DNA of 32,000 nt, from contig NZ_CP042911.1 in the NCBI RefSeq assembly GCF_008065095.1, forward strand, positions 4,110,001 through 4,142,000. Reading direction: 5' to 3'. Under the pieces are notes generated by a model. That model did not search any database. It was not told where the DNA came from and was given only the letters and a program-made list of their open reading frames with translations. This stretch comes from Gemmata obscuriglobus. GTDB lineage: Bacteria; Planctomycetota; Planctomycetia; Gemmatales; Gemmataceae. This document shows, piece by piece, positions 17,047 to 26,100 of this stretch. The number at the start of each line of letters is the position of its first letter. Position 1 is the first letter of the stretch. The translations under genes were made by a program, and so were the position numbers.

Positions 17047-19503
17047 TCAGGTTCCCCCGGTCCCGTTCAGGACGCGTTCGAGGTCGGCGAGTTGAACCGG
17101 CTTAACGAGGTGCGCGCTGCACCCCGCCTGGCGGGTCCTCTCGCGGTCGGATTCCTGCCCCCAGCCCGTGAGCGCGATGATGACGACGGGTGCGGCCCAG
17201 GGGCGGGTGCGGATCTGGGTCGTGGCCTCAAGGCCGTTGAGGCGCGGCATCCCGACATCCATGAATATGATGTCGGGGCGGAGCCGCTCGGCGAGTTCGA
17301 CCGCTTCCAACCCGTCGTGCCCGATGTGCACCTCGTTACCGAGCAGTTCCAGTAGCATGGCCAGCGATTCGGCCGCGTCGCGGTTGTCATCGACCACCAG
17401 AACCCGCCGGGGCCGGCTCCCCACCTCGACGGCCGTTCGCAGGGCCGGGGCGTCGTCTGCGGGCGCGCCGGGCAGCGGTAAGGTGACCGTGAACGCGCTC
17501 CCTTGGTTCGGGCCGTCGCTCGCGGCCGCCACGTTCCCTCCGTGCATTTCGACGAGTCCTTTCACGAGCGCGAGGCCGATACCCAGGCCGCCGGACGCAC
17601 GCTCGACGACGCGGTCGGCCTGCGAGAACATATCGAATATGCGGGGGAGGTAATCCGGAGGGATGCCCAGCCCGTTGTCGCGCACGGTCACCACCAAGGC
17701 GCCGTCGCGGCGCTCGGCGCGGAGCGCGATGCGGCCGCCGGGCGGGGTGTACTTGGCGCTGTTGGTCAGCAGGTTGGAAAACACCTGCGCGAGCCGGGTC
17801 AAGTCCGCGTCCAGGAAGACGGGCTCCGGCGGGAGTTCGACCGTGAACTCGTGACGGGCCTCCTCGATGAGCGGCCGGGCCGTTTCCGCGGCGCTCTCCA
17901 CCACCTCCGCCAGTGAGACGCGGGTGCGGCGCAGGTTCAGCTTGTTGCGACTGATTCGGGACACGTCGAGCAGGTCGTCGATGAGGCGCACGGTGTGGGT
18001 GAGCTGCCGCTCCATCATCTCGCGCGCCCGCTTGGCGGCGTCCCCGCGACCCTCGGTGAGCCGGAGCACCTGAAGCCCGTTCCGCAGCGGGGCGAGCGGG
18101 TTCCGTAGCTCGTGGGCCAGCAGGGCCAGGAACTCGTCTTTGCGCCGGTCCTGTTCCTTGAGCCGTGCGGCCCGTTCGGCCACCTTGGCCGCCAGCCGCG
18201 CGCGCTCTTTCGCCATCGCGGCATAGTGGCACACGGTCCGCAGCACGTCAATGTCCCCGTCGCTGAACCGGTCGCGTGTCATGGTGCCGAACGACAGGGT
18301 GCCCAGCAGGCGGTCCCCCGCGATCAGAGGGTGGCACGCGTACGCGCGCACGCCGAACGCTTTGACCCGTTGCGCGCGTGGCTCCCCGGACGACTGAACG
18401 TCGGTCGCGATCACGGCCTTGCGGGTGGTCGCCACCAGGCCGCACAGCGCCTCCTGGTTGTCGAGCCGGCGGATCGCGTCGACCGCTCCGACCGGCACCC
18501 CGGCACAGGCGACCAGCTCCAGGCCCGCGCCGTCGGGCGTCGGGGCGTAGTTGAAGTAGTGCGACAACGCGAGCGCCGGCGCGAGCGCGGCGAACAGGTC
18601 GGTCATCATCTGGACCGGGTCGCCGTCGGCGGCGAGCAACGCTTCGGCCGCGTCGGCAAGGATGGCGAGCCGGACGTTCTGGTGCCGGAGGCTCTCCTCG
18701 CCGGCCCGCAGCCGTTCCTCCAACTGTTTGCGGTCGTGGATGTCGGCGTTGATGCCGACCATGCGCACCGCCCCGCCGCCGGGGGCGAAGAGGAGCTTCG
18801 CCTGTCCGGCCAGCCAGCGCCGGGAGCCGTCCGGGCGCACCGCCCGGAACTCGTAAACCACGTCCGCGACGCGCTCCGCCACGCACCGGCGCACCTGGGC
18901 GCCGACGCGGGCCGCGTCCTCGGGCTCGACGCGCGTCTCCCAAGCCGCGTAGGTGCCCTCAAACGAGCCGCGCGGGACTCCGTACAGGTCCTCGAGTTCC
19001 GGGGACCACACCACCCGGTTCTCGGGGATGAGCCAGTCGAACACCCCGGACCGCCCCGCGGACAGCGCCAGCGCGAGCCGCTCGTTCGCCTCGCGCACGG
19101 CGCGCTCGGCCCGACGCCGCTCGGCCCGCTCGCGGGCCTCCTCGATCGCCCGCTCGATGGCCGGCACCAGCCGCTCCGGCCGGCTTTTGAGCACGTAATC
19201 GGTTGCGCCGAGCTTCAGCGTCTCGACGGCGCGCTCCTCGCCGAGCGCGCCGGACACGAACACGAACGGCACGTCCGGGCGACGCGCGCGGGCGAGCGCG
19301 AGGGCTTCCAGGCCGTCGAGATCCGGGAGCTGGTAGTCGGAGAGGATCAGGTCGAACGCGCGGTCGGCCGCGAGCCGCGCGAGGAAGTCGGCGCGGCCGA
19401 CCGCGCGCACCAGCTCGAACCCGGGGTTAGAGCGGGCGAGCCGCTGGGCGATCAGGTCGGCGTCGAGGTCGCTGTCTTCGAGGTGCAGAATCGTCGCGGC
19501 CAT
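17047..19503 (-). CDS. Hybrid sensor histidine kinase/response regulator (REC-PAS-GAF-HisKA-HATPase-REC)
   Basis: ATG 19503 has GGGGAG upstream and gives MAATILHLEDSDLD... as a normal REC N-terminus. The alternative GTG 19605 overlaps the upstream stop as GTGA. Domains: PAS/PAC (VFDWLIPENRVVWSPEL...MVGINADIHDRK), GAF (...RAYACHPLIAGDRLLGTLSFG), H-box FLALLAHELRNPLAPL, N/G boxes (NLLTNSAKYT, DNGLGIP, GGLGIGLALV) and a C-terminal REC (VLVVDDNRDAAE...IFMDVGMPRLNG...LVKP). Confidence 0.85.
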   Translation of the reverse strand: MAATILHLEDSDLDADLIAQRLARSNPGFELVRAVGRADFLARLAADRAFDLILSDYQLPDLDGLEALALARARRPDVPFVFVSGALGEERAVETLKLGATDYVLKSRPERLVPAIERAIEEARERAERRRAERAVREANERLALALSAGRSGVFDWLIPENRVVWSPELEDLYGVPRGSFEGTYAAWETRVEPEDAARVGAQVRRCVAERVADVVYEFRAVRPDGSRRWLAGQAKLLFAPGGGAVRMVGINADIHDRKQLEERLRAGEESLRHQNVRLAILADAAEALLAADGDPVQMMTDLFAALAPALALSHYFNYAPTPDGAGLELVACAGVPVGAVDAIRRLDNQEALCGLVATTRKAVIATDVQSSGEPRAQRVKAFGVRAYACHPLIAGDRLLGTLSFGTMTRDRFSDGDIDVLRTVCHYAAMAKERARLAAKVAERAARLKEQDRRKDEFLALLAHELRNPLAPLRNGLQVLRLTEGRGDAAKRAREMMERQLTHTVRLIDDLLDVSRISRNKLNLRRTRVSLAEVVESAAETARPLIEEARHEFTVELPPEPVFLDADLTRLAQVFSNLLTNSAKYTPPGGRIALRAERRDGALVVTVRDNGLGIPPDYLPRIFDMFSQADRVVERASGGLGIGLALVKGLVEMHGGNVAAASDGPNQGSAFTVTLPLPGAPADDAPALRTAVEVGSRPRRVLVVDDNRDAAESLAMLLELLGNEVHIGHDGLEAVELAERLRPDIIFMDVGMPRLNGLEATTQIRTRPWAAPVVIIALTGWGQESDRERTRQAGCSAHLVKPVQLADLERVLNGTGGT

Positions 19504-19601
19504 AAGCTCCCCGGAACGGCGTCCGTGCGCAACAGTGCGGTGGTCGGGTTGCGGCACGAACCCCGGCGGCACCGGCTGCTCAGTTACTCGGACCCCTGAA
19601 G

Positions 19602-20069
19602 TCACTCACCCGCGGGCGCGGAGCGCCCGGGCTTCAGGCTCCCCGGGGGCGGCTCGTTGAGTACCGCCCAGAAGATCCCTAGTTCCTCGATCGCGTGCAT
19701 GAACTCTTTGAACGCGACCGGTTTCACCACGTACGCGTTCACGCCGAGCTTGTAGCTGCGGAGCAGGTCCTGCTCCTCGCGGGACGTGGTCAGCATCACC
19801 ACGGGCACGCCCTGGAGGCCCGGGTCCTTCTTGACCTCTTCGAGCACCTGGAGCCCGTCCACCTTGGGCAGCTTCAAATCGAGCAGCACGACCGCGGGGT
19901 TGCCCTTCGGCCGGTTCGCGTAGGGGCCGCGGAGCAAAAGGTAGTCGAGGCACTCCTCGCCGTCTCGGACCGCGATCACCTCGTTGGCGAGGTTGCTCCG
20001 GGCCAGGGCGAGAAGGGTCAGCTCCAGATCCTTGGGGTTGTCCTCGACGAGCAAGATCGGCTTCAGCAC
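19602..20069 (-). CDS. Single-domain response regulator (phytochrome-associated, Rcp1-like)
   Basis: GTG start 2 nt after the bphP stop, with GAGGAGAGG upstream. The product is REC only: ILLVEDNPKD, phospho-acceptor region VVLLDLKLPKVDG, MLTTS and VVKP. There is no output domain. Confidence 0.9.
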   Translation of the reverse strand: MLKPILLVEDNPKDLELTLLALARSNLANEVIAVRDGEECLDYLLLRGPYANRPKGNPAVVLLDLKLPKVDGLQVLEEVKKDPGLQGVPVVMLTTSREEQDLLRSYKLGVNAYVVKPVAFKEFMHAIEELGIFWAVLNEPPPGSLKPGRSAPAGE

Positions 20070-20071
20070 GC

Positions 20072-22309
20072 TTACCTCTCCTCGTCATTGTTCGGTGCGG
20101 GCAGGGTCAAGTAGAACGTCGCCCCGCGGTCGACCTCGCCCTCGGCCCAGGCCCGCCCGCCGTGCCGCTCGACGATCCGCCGCACGTTCGCCAGCCCGAT
20201 GCCGGTGCCCTCGAAGTCCTCCCACCGGTGCAGCCGCTGGAACACCCCGAACAGCTTGTCCCGGTACCGCATGTCGAACCCGACCCCGTTATCGCGGACG
20301 TGGAGGGTGTGCGCCCCGGCGTCCGTCTGGCACCCGATCTCGATCACGGCCTCGCGCCGGGGCTTGGTGTATTTTACCGCGTTCGAGAGCAGGTTTTGAA
20401 CTGCCAGCCGGAGCATCATCAGGTCCCCCTCGACGGTGGGCAGGGGGCCGACCTCCCACCGCACCTGGCGGCCGGGCGCGGTCGCCATCACCTCCGCCCG
20501 GACCTCGCGCACCAGGACGTTCAGGTCGACCGTTGTGCGGTCGAGCGTGGCGCGGCCCATGCGCGAGTACGCCAGCAGGTTGTCCACCAGCTTCCCGGCG
20601 TACTCGCTCGACTCGATGATGGTGTCGCAGTACTTCAGCTCGCCGGCAGCGAGCTTGTCCCGGGCCACCTCTTTGAGCAACTCGGCGTACCCGACGATGT
20701 GCCGCAGCGGGGCGCGCAGGTCGTGGCTCACCGAGTACGAGAACGCCTCCAGCTCGCGGTTGCTGCGCTGCAGCTCGACGTTCAGCGCGGCCATCTCTTC
20801 CGCCTTCCGCAGCACGATACCCAGGACCGCGTTGCGGAGCTCGCCCGCGCCCGCGACCTCGCTCGGGAGCCACGGTACTGCTTTGTCGCGCACCGTCTGG
20901 GACCAGGTCTCGAACGACTTCCGCGGGTGCAACCGGCCGGTCGTCGGTTCGACCGCCTTCCGCGGGTCCCCGCCCCACTGGACGGTCTCGATCACCTCCG
21001 GCCTGAACCACAGCACGGCGGTGGGGTGGAGCTTCGACACCGACACCGCGAGCAGCCCGCTGGCGTCCGCGGCGTACTCCCGCGCCGGCGGGAACGCGGC
21101 CGACAGCGCGTCGGTGTGGTACACTTCCCTCTTCTGCTCACGGAACAGCCAGGCGGCCAGCTTTCGCACCTGCTCTTCGCCCGGCGTGCGGCCGACCAGC
21201 CCGGTGCGCCCGTCGGAGACGACCGCGGCCCCGGCGGCGCGAACGAAGCCGAGCAGGTCGGCGGGGTGAGCGAGCAGCCCGCTGACGTAGTCGTCGGCGC
21301 GGGCCATGTGCGCCAGCAGCCGCGTCAGGACCGACTGGATCTCCACGCGCCGCTCGTAGTCGGCGGCGTGCTCGCGGGCGGCCACCTGCAGGGCAAGCAC
21401 CTGCGCCAGCAGGTCGCACGTGGTGCGCGCTTCGAACGGCACGACCTTGGGCGCGTGGTGGTGGCACGAGATCAGCCCCCACAGCGCCCCGTCCCTCAGA
21501 ACCGACACGGACATGGACGCGGCGGTGCCCATGTTGCGCATGTACTCGACGTGGACCGGCGACACGCTCCGGAGCGCGGCGTGCGACAGGTCGACCGGCC
21601 CTCCCGACACCGGGTTGAGTGCCGGGATCAGCTCCGCCGGCGCGTAGTCCACATCGGGAATGAGCCGCAGCCGGTTCCGTCGGTACAGGTCGCGCGCTTG
21701 CTTCGGAATATCGGACGCCGGGAACCGGTGGTCCCGATACGATGGTAGACGCCCGTTACCGTCCTCGCCCACCACAACGCCGGTGCCGTCGGGCTCGAAC
21801 CGGTACACCAGCGCACGGTCGAACCCGGTCACGGCCCGCACCTCGACCGCTGCAAGCTGCGCGAGGTCGGCGGCGTTCGGAGCGGTCTGCACCTTGGCGA
21901 TGAAGCCCGCGATCACCGGGTGCAACCCGCCCGGGGGGCCGGGGGCGTCCGCCCCGGGCTCGAGTTCGAGTACGACCACGCGACCGACCCGGTGCCCGAT
22001 CGCGTTCAGGGCCGGTCCGTTTCCGATGCGCACCGCTCGTAACAGCACCGGCTCGCCGTTCGCCGGGAGCCGCGCGCCGAGGTCGCCGAGCGGCTCGAAC
22101 TGCTCCGGCCCCAAAACGGACCTGAGGTCCGAGCCCAACAGCTCGGGGATCGGACGTCCGAAAAAGCGGGGCGCGTTGGCGCTCACCTGCAATATGTTTA
22201 AGGACGTACCGGACAGGACCAGCAGGGCGCCGTGGGGCTGAATGCTGCCGGGGGTGTGGATCGGCTCTCGGTCACACGAGTTCAAGTCCGGTTCGGGGTG
22301 CGTGTTCAC
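20072..22309 (-). CDS. bphP: Bacteriophytochrome histidine kinase (PAS2-GAF-PHY-HisKA-HATPase)
   Basis: Chromophore Cys in LNSCDREPIHTPGSIQPHGALLVL. GAF motifs FPASDIPKQARDLY and SPVHVEYMRNMG. PHY tongue motifs WGG and PRKSF. H-box FSYSVSHDLRAPLR and HATPase (NLLSNAVKYT, DNGVGFD, GTGIGLANV). Start is GTG 22309 (GAGGG 7 nt upstream, GTGA overlap with the bphO stop) or ATG 22333 (no SD, 28-nt overlap). Confidence 0.9.
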   Translation of the reverse strand: MNTHPEPDLNSCDREPIHTPGSIQPHGALLVLSGTSLNILQVSANAPRFFGRPIPELLGSDLRSVLGPEQFEPLGDLGARLPANGEPVLLRAVRIGNGPALNAIGHRVGRVVVLELEPGADAPGPPGGLHPVIAGFIAKVQTAPNAADLAQLAAVEVRAVTGFDRALVYRFEPDGTGVVVGEDGNGRLPSYRDHRFPASDIPKQARDLYRRNRLRLIPDVDYAPAELIPALNPVSGGPVDLSHAALRSVSPVHVEYMRNMGTAASMSVSVLRDGALWGLISCHHHAPKVVPFEARTTCDLLAQVLALQVAAREHAADYERRVEIQSVLTRLLAHMARADDYVSGLLAHPADLLGFVRAAGAAVVSDGRTGLVGRTPGEEQVRKLAAWLFREQKREVYHTDALSAAFPPAREYAADASGLLAVSVSKLHPTAVLWFRPEVIETVQWGGDPRKAVEPTTGRLHPRKSFETWSQTVRDKAVPWLPSEVAGAGELRNAVLGIVLRKAEEMAALNVELQRSNRELEAFSYSVSHDLRAPLRHIVGYAELLKEVARDKLAAGELKYCDTIIESSEYAGKLVDNLLAYSRMGRATLDRTTVDLNVLVREVRAEVMATAPGRQVRWEVGPLPTVEGDLMMLRLAVQNLLSNAVKYTKPRREAVIEIGCQTDAGAHTLHVRDNGVGFDMRYRDKLFGVFQRLHRWEDFEGTGIGLANVRRIVERHGGRAWAEGEVDRGATFYLTLPAPNNDEER

Positions 22310-22875
22310 GTGGCGGCCCTCGTGACGAGCCATCGGTCGAACCGATCGAACGTGTCGCCCGCCGCGTTAACCACCTCGGTTTCGGCCTCGGGTGTCGTTG
22401 CGAACCGCACCAGGGCGGCCCGGAAGGCGGTCCACATCGGGCCAACGCGGTCGCCGTAGCTGTTGAAGAACCGGCACCCGCGGTCCGGGGTGTAGCCCAG
22501 GGCTTCGCGCACCATCCGGCACACGACGCGACCGCCGAGCGTGGCCCCTTCCAGAACGTACATCCGTCCGAGTGCTGCTCCGAGCGAACCGATTGGAGGG
22601 GCGGCGTCCAGTGGTACGTGTGCGGGAGAGCGCCCCAGCACCGAGAGGTCGCTGGCAAGGTGTGGGATCTTGCACCGCTCCATGAATGCGAGCCCGACCG
22701 ACTCGTACCCGCTGACGGCTGACAGGGCTGCTTCCAGCGGCCGATAGAACCCGTAAAAATGCCCGAGTAGCTCGGCGTACTCCGAGGGGCCGCGGAGCCG
22801 AGCGCCCAAGTCCACGCGCCGCTCAAGGCGAGCGTGCTGTTCCGCAGTCGTTTCCTTGAGGCGGTCGAGAATCAT
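22306..22875 (-). CDS. bphO: Heme oxygenase (biliverdin-producing, BphO type)
   Basis: 189 aa. MILDRLKETTAEQHARLERRV contains a proximal-His region typical of heme oxygenases. The gene sits immediately upstream of bphP and is translationally coupled to it. Confidence 0.85.
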   Translation of the reverse strand: MILDRLKETTAEQHARLERRVDLGARLRGPSEYAELLGHFYGFYRPLEAALSAVSGYESVGLAFMERCKIPHLASDLSVLGRSPAHVPLDAAPPIGSLGAALGRMYVLEGATLGGRVVCRMVREALGYTPDRGCRFFNSYGDRVGPMWTAFRAALVRFATTPEAETEVVNAAGDTFDRFDRWLVTRAAT

Positions 22876-23185
22876 GCGCTCCTCTCGGCGCGACGGTCAG
22901 ATTCCAACGGTAAAACGAATCGCCCGACCGCGAACCGGCCTCGTCAAGGCTCAGAATACTGATGCAAGTTCCGGCTGCGAAGTAAGCATATCACGTGCCG
23001 TTGCGGGCGAGATGCGGCCGCCGAACCGATTTTTGTTTGATCCTGTGAAACCTGCTTGTTGACCGGTTGCGCGAGCTGGTGCAACAGTAGGTAGTTCGAT
23101 TGCCTCGCCGCACCTGAACTGCCTCGGGGTCCGACGTGTAGACGCGAGACTCGGTCCCTCTGCCCAACAATTACGGGGAGCCGCC

Positions 23186-26100
23186 GTGCCCGTTGTCGTA
23201 CTGCTGCTGTGTACGCTGCCGCCCGTTGGGGACCACCCGCGGCCCGCACTCGTTACCGCCCGGTCGGTGCGGGCACTCGATCCTGAGGACGCCGCACGCG
23301 GTCACCCGGTCGACCTGTCAGGGGTTGTCACGGTGTCGAGCGCGCGGCCCCCGGAACTGTTCGTGCAAGACGACACGTGTGGCGTTTACGTCGAGATCAT
23401 GCAACTTCACGCCGACCTAAAGCCAGGAGCACAGGTTCGGGTGCGCGGGCGGGCGCGCGGCGGTTGGTTCTCTCCGCTCGTAGTGGCCGAGACCGTGGAA
23501 CGTGTCGGCGAGGGACGCTTTCCGGACCCGTTACCGTTCGACTTTTCGCAGCCGGCAGCCCGGTGGCTCGAATCCCAGTTCGTGCAAAGCCACTGTCTGG
23601 TTCGCAGTGTGCTGGCCGGTGGCGGCGGGTTGGAGGTCGATGGCACCGCCGGCCCTGGTGGTCTGGCGTTCCGCGCACCGCCCCCGGTAGCTGAGCTGCA
23701 GGCACTTGTTGGGACCATCGTCCGGGTGCGCGGGGTGTGTATCCCGGAGTACGGCCCGGGCGGCCGCGTGACCGGAGGGGCGCGGATCCTGGTTCACCAA
23801 CTGGGGGACATTCAAGTCGCGCAATCGCTCGAAACTGTTCGAGCGATGCCGGTGCGCACCGCCGGGTACTTGCGCCGGTTCCTTCCGGGCGTTGCGCCGA
23901 TACCCCTCGTGCGCATGTCGGGAGTCGTGACTGCTCGGGTGGGGCCGGACGTACTGATGGTTCAAGATGTGACCGCTGGGTTCACCGTCCACGCCCGACC
24001 GGGCACCGTTCCGATCGCGGTCGGCACTCTCGCGGACGTGCGCGGGTTCCTCACCTGGAGCGGGAGCCGGCTGACGGTACACCAAGCTGATGTGACCCCC
24101 TGCGGAGAAGCGCCGCTACCGGACCCGGTTGACCTCACACCGGCGACCGACCGGGCGAGCGTGGAAGGTGCCCGCGTTAGGTTCCATGGGCGGGTCGCGG
24201 AGAGCGGTCCGGGGCACCTGACCTTGGTTCGCGACGGTCTGGCCGTTCAGGTGCGACTGCCCGAGGACGATGGCCGCGTCGTGCCGGTCGGGAGCGTGGC
24301 GACGGCCGCCGGAGCGCTCGGCAGCCGGGAAGGGGCCGGCGCGGTGCTGTTCCCGGTCGGTGCGGGCGACGTGACCGTGGACGCACCGCCACCGGCGCGC
24401 CCGCTCACCCGGGCGCAAGTGGTTGCCGCGCTGTGGCTGGCGCTGGGCGCGGTGGTGGCTTGCGCGGCGTGGGCCTGGAGCCTGCACCGGGTCGTGCGGT
24501 TCCGCACCCGCGAGCTGAGCGAGTCCGAACGCAAGTTCGCGACCGCGTTCCATGCCAACCCGGACGCGGTGGTTCTCACCCGCGCCGGTGACGGGACAGT
24601 TCTGGAGGTCAACGACGGGTTTTGCCGGCTGTGCGGGTTGCCCAGGGGGCAGGTGCTCGGGCGGTCCGTCGTTGAACTCATCTGGCGCGACCCCGGCGCC
24701 CGGGCACGAATGCTCGACGCGGTTCGCGCCGCCGGGGCGGTCCGCGATTACCCGGGGGTGATCCGCGACGCGGCCGGGGCAACTCACGAGGTGAGCATTT
24801 TCTGCACCCGGATCGAGGTCGGCGGGAGCGAGTGCCTGCTCGGGACCATTCGCGACGTGACCGAGCGGAACCGGGCCGAGCGCGAGGTCCGCAACGAGCG
24901 GCTGTTCGTGGACACCATGATCGAGAGCATGCCCGGTGTGCTGTACTGCTACGACTCCGACGGGAAGTTCTTGCGCTGGAACCGGCGGTTCGAGACGGTT
25001 ACCGGGTACTCGGCGGCCGAGATCGCGGGCATGCACCCGCTGGACTTTTTTACCCCGGCGGACCGCCCGTTGCTGAGCCGACGGATCGGAGACGCGTTTG
25101 CGACCGGCGAGGCGCACGCGGAGGCGCCGCTCTTGGCGAAGGACGGTACGGCGCGGCCGTACCACTTCACCGGGCGCCGGGTCGCGTTCGATGCCGCCAC
25201 GTGCCTGGTCGGCATCGGCATCGACGTGTCCGCGCGGCACGACGCCGAGCGCCAGCGGGCGGAGAGCGAGCGCCGGTACCGCGAACTGGTCGAGCTGGCC
25301 AACAGCATCATCCTTCGGTGGACCCCGGACGGGCGGGTCGCGTTCCTGAACGAGTTCGGGCAGCGGTTCTTCGGGTTCACCGGGGACGAGATCGTGGGCC
25401 GCCACGTGTTGGACACGATTGTGCCGTACACCGAGAGCACCGGGCGCGATCTGAAGGGGCTGATCGAGCGGGTGTGCGCGGACCCGGAGGCGTTTGAACA
25501 GAGCGTGAACGAGAACGTGCGCCGCGACGGCACCCGGGCGTGGGTGGCGTGGACGAATCGGATCGTGCTCGGGGCCGGCGGCGAGGTGGTCGAGATCCTC
25601 AGCGTGGGGTCCGACGTGACCGGGGCGCGGCGCATGGAGCAAGCGCTGGTCGCGTCCGAGAAGAAGTTCTCGGCGGTGTTCCGGCTCTCCCCGGTGTCCC
25701 TCGCTCTGACCCGGCTCGACGGGCCGATCGTTGACGTGAACAAGTCGTTCGAGCGGATTTACAAGCTGTCCGCCGAGCGGGTCCGCGGGCGCCTCCCGAC
25801 CGACTTCGCCGAGCTGTACGACGCGCCGGCCGACCGGGCGCTGTACGCCGAGCGCCTGCGCCGCGACGGGCGGCTCTCGGGCATCGAGGTGCGGCGGGTG
25901 CTGGGCGACGGGTCTGCCGTGGACCTGGTGGTCGCCGCGGAGCTGATCGAGCTGGACGGGGCCGCGCACGCGCTGGTCGCGTCGACCGACGTGACCCCCC
26001 TCAAGCGGGCGGAGAAGGCGCTGCGCGAGGCGAACGCCGCGCTCGAGCGGCGGGTCGAAGCGCGCACCAACGAGCTGGTCGCCGCGAACGCCGAACTGGA

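Noticed and set aside
18331-18336. Cys-His dipeptide (YACHPL) in the GAF domain of the hybrid kinase, considered as a possible bilin-binding CH motif (a second photoreceptor).
   Set aside because: The CH sits in the generic GAF strand motif (x-S/A-x-L-x-hPL-x3-G-x-L-x-G-x-L), not in the helix context of Cph1/CBCR (…CH-L/I-x-Y-L-x-N-MG). No DIP-like or bilin-pocket residues are evident, so it is most likely coincidental.
18112-21748. Long plus-strand ORFs (18112..19599, 495 aa; 20162..21748, 528 aa) opposite the hybrid kinase and bphP.
   Set aside because: They have antisense-shadow composition and no motifs. The minus-strand frames encode complete REC/PAS/GAF/HK and PAS2-GAF-PHY-HK architectures.
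24520-26050. I looked for a LOV-type flavin motif (GxNCRFLQ) or heme-PAS signatures in the four PAS domains of the large kinase.
   Set aside because: No NCRFL-like motif or conserved cofactor Cys/His pattern is visible, so the PAS ligands cannot be called from the sequence.
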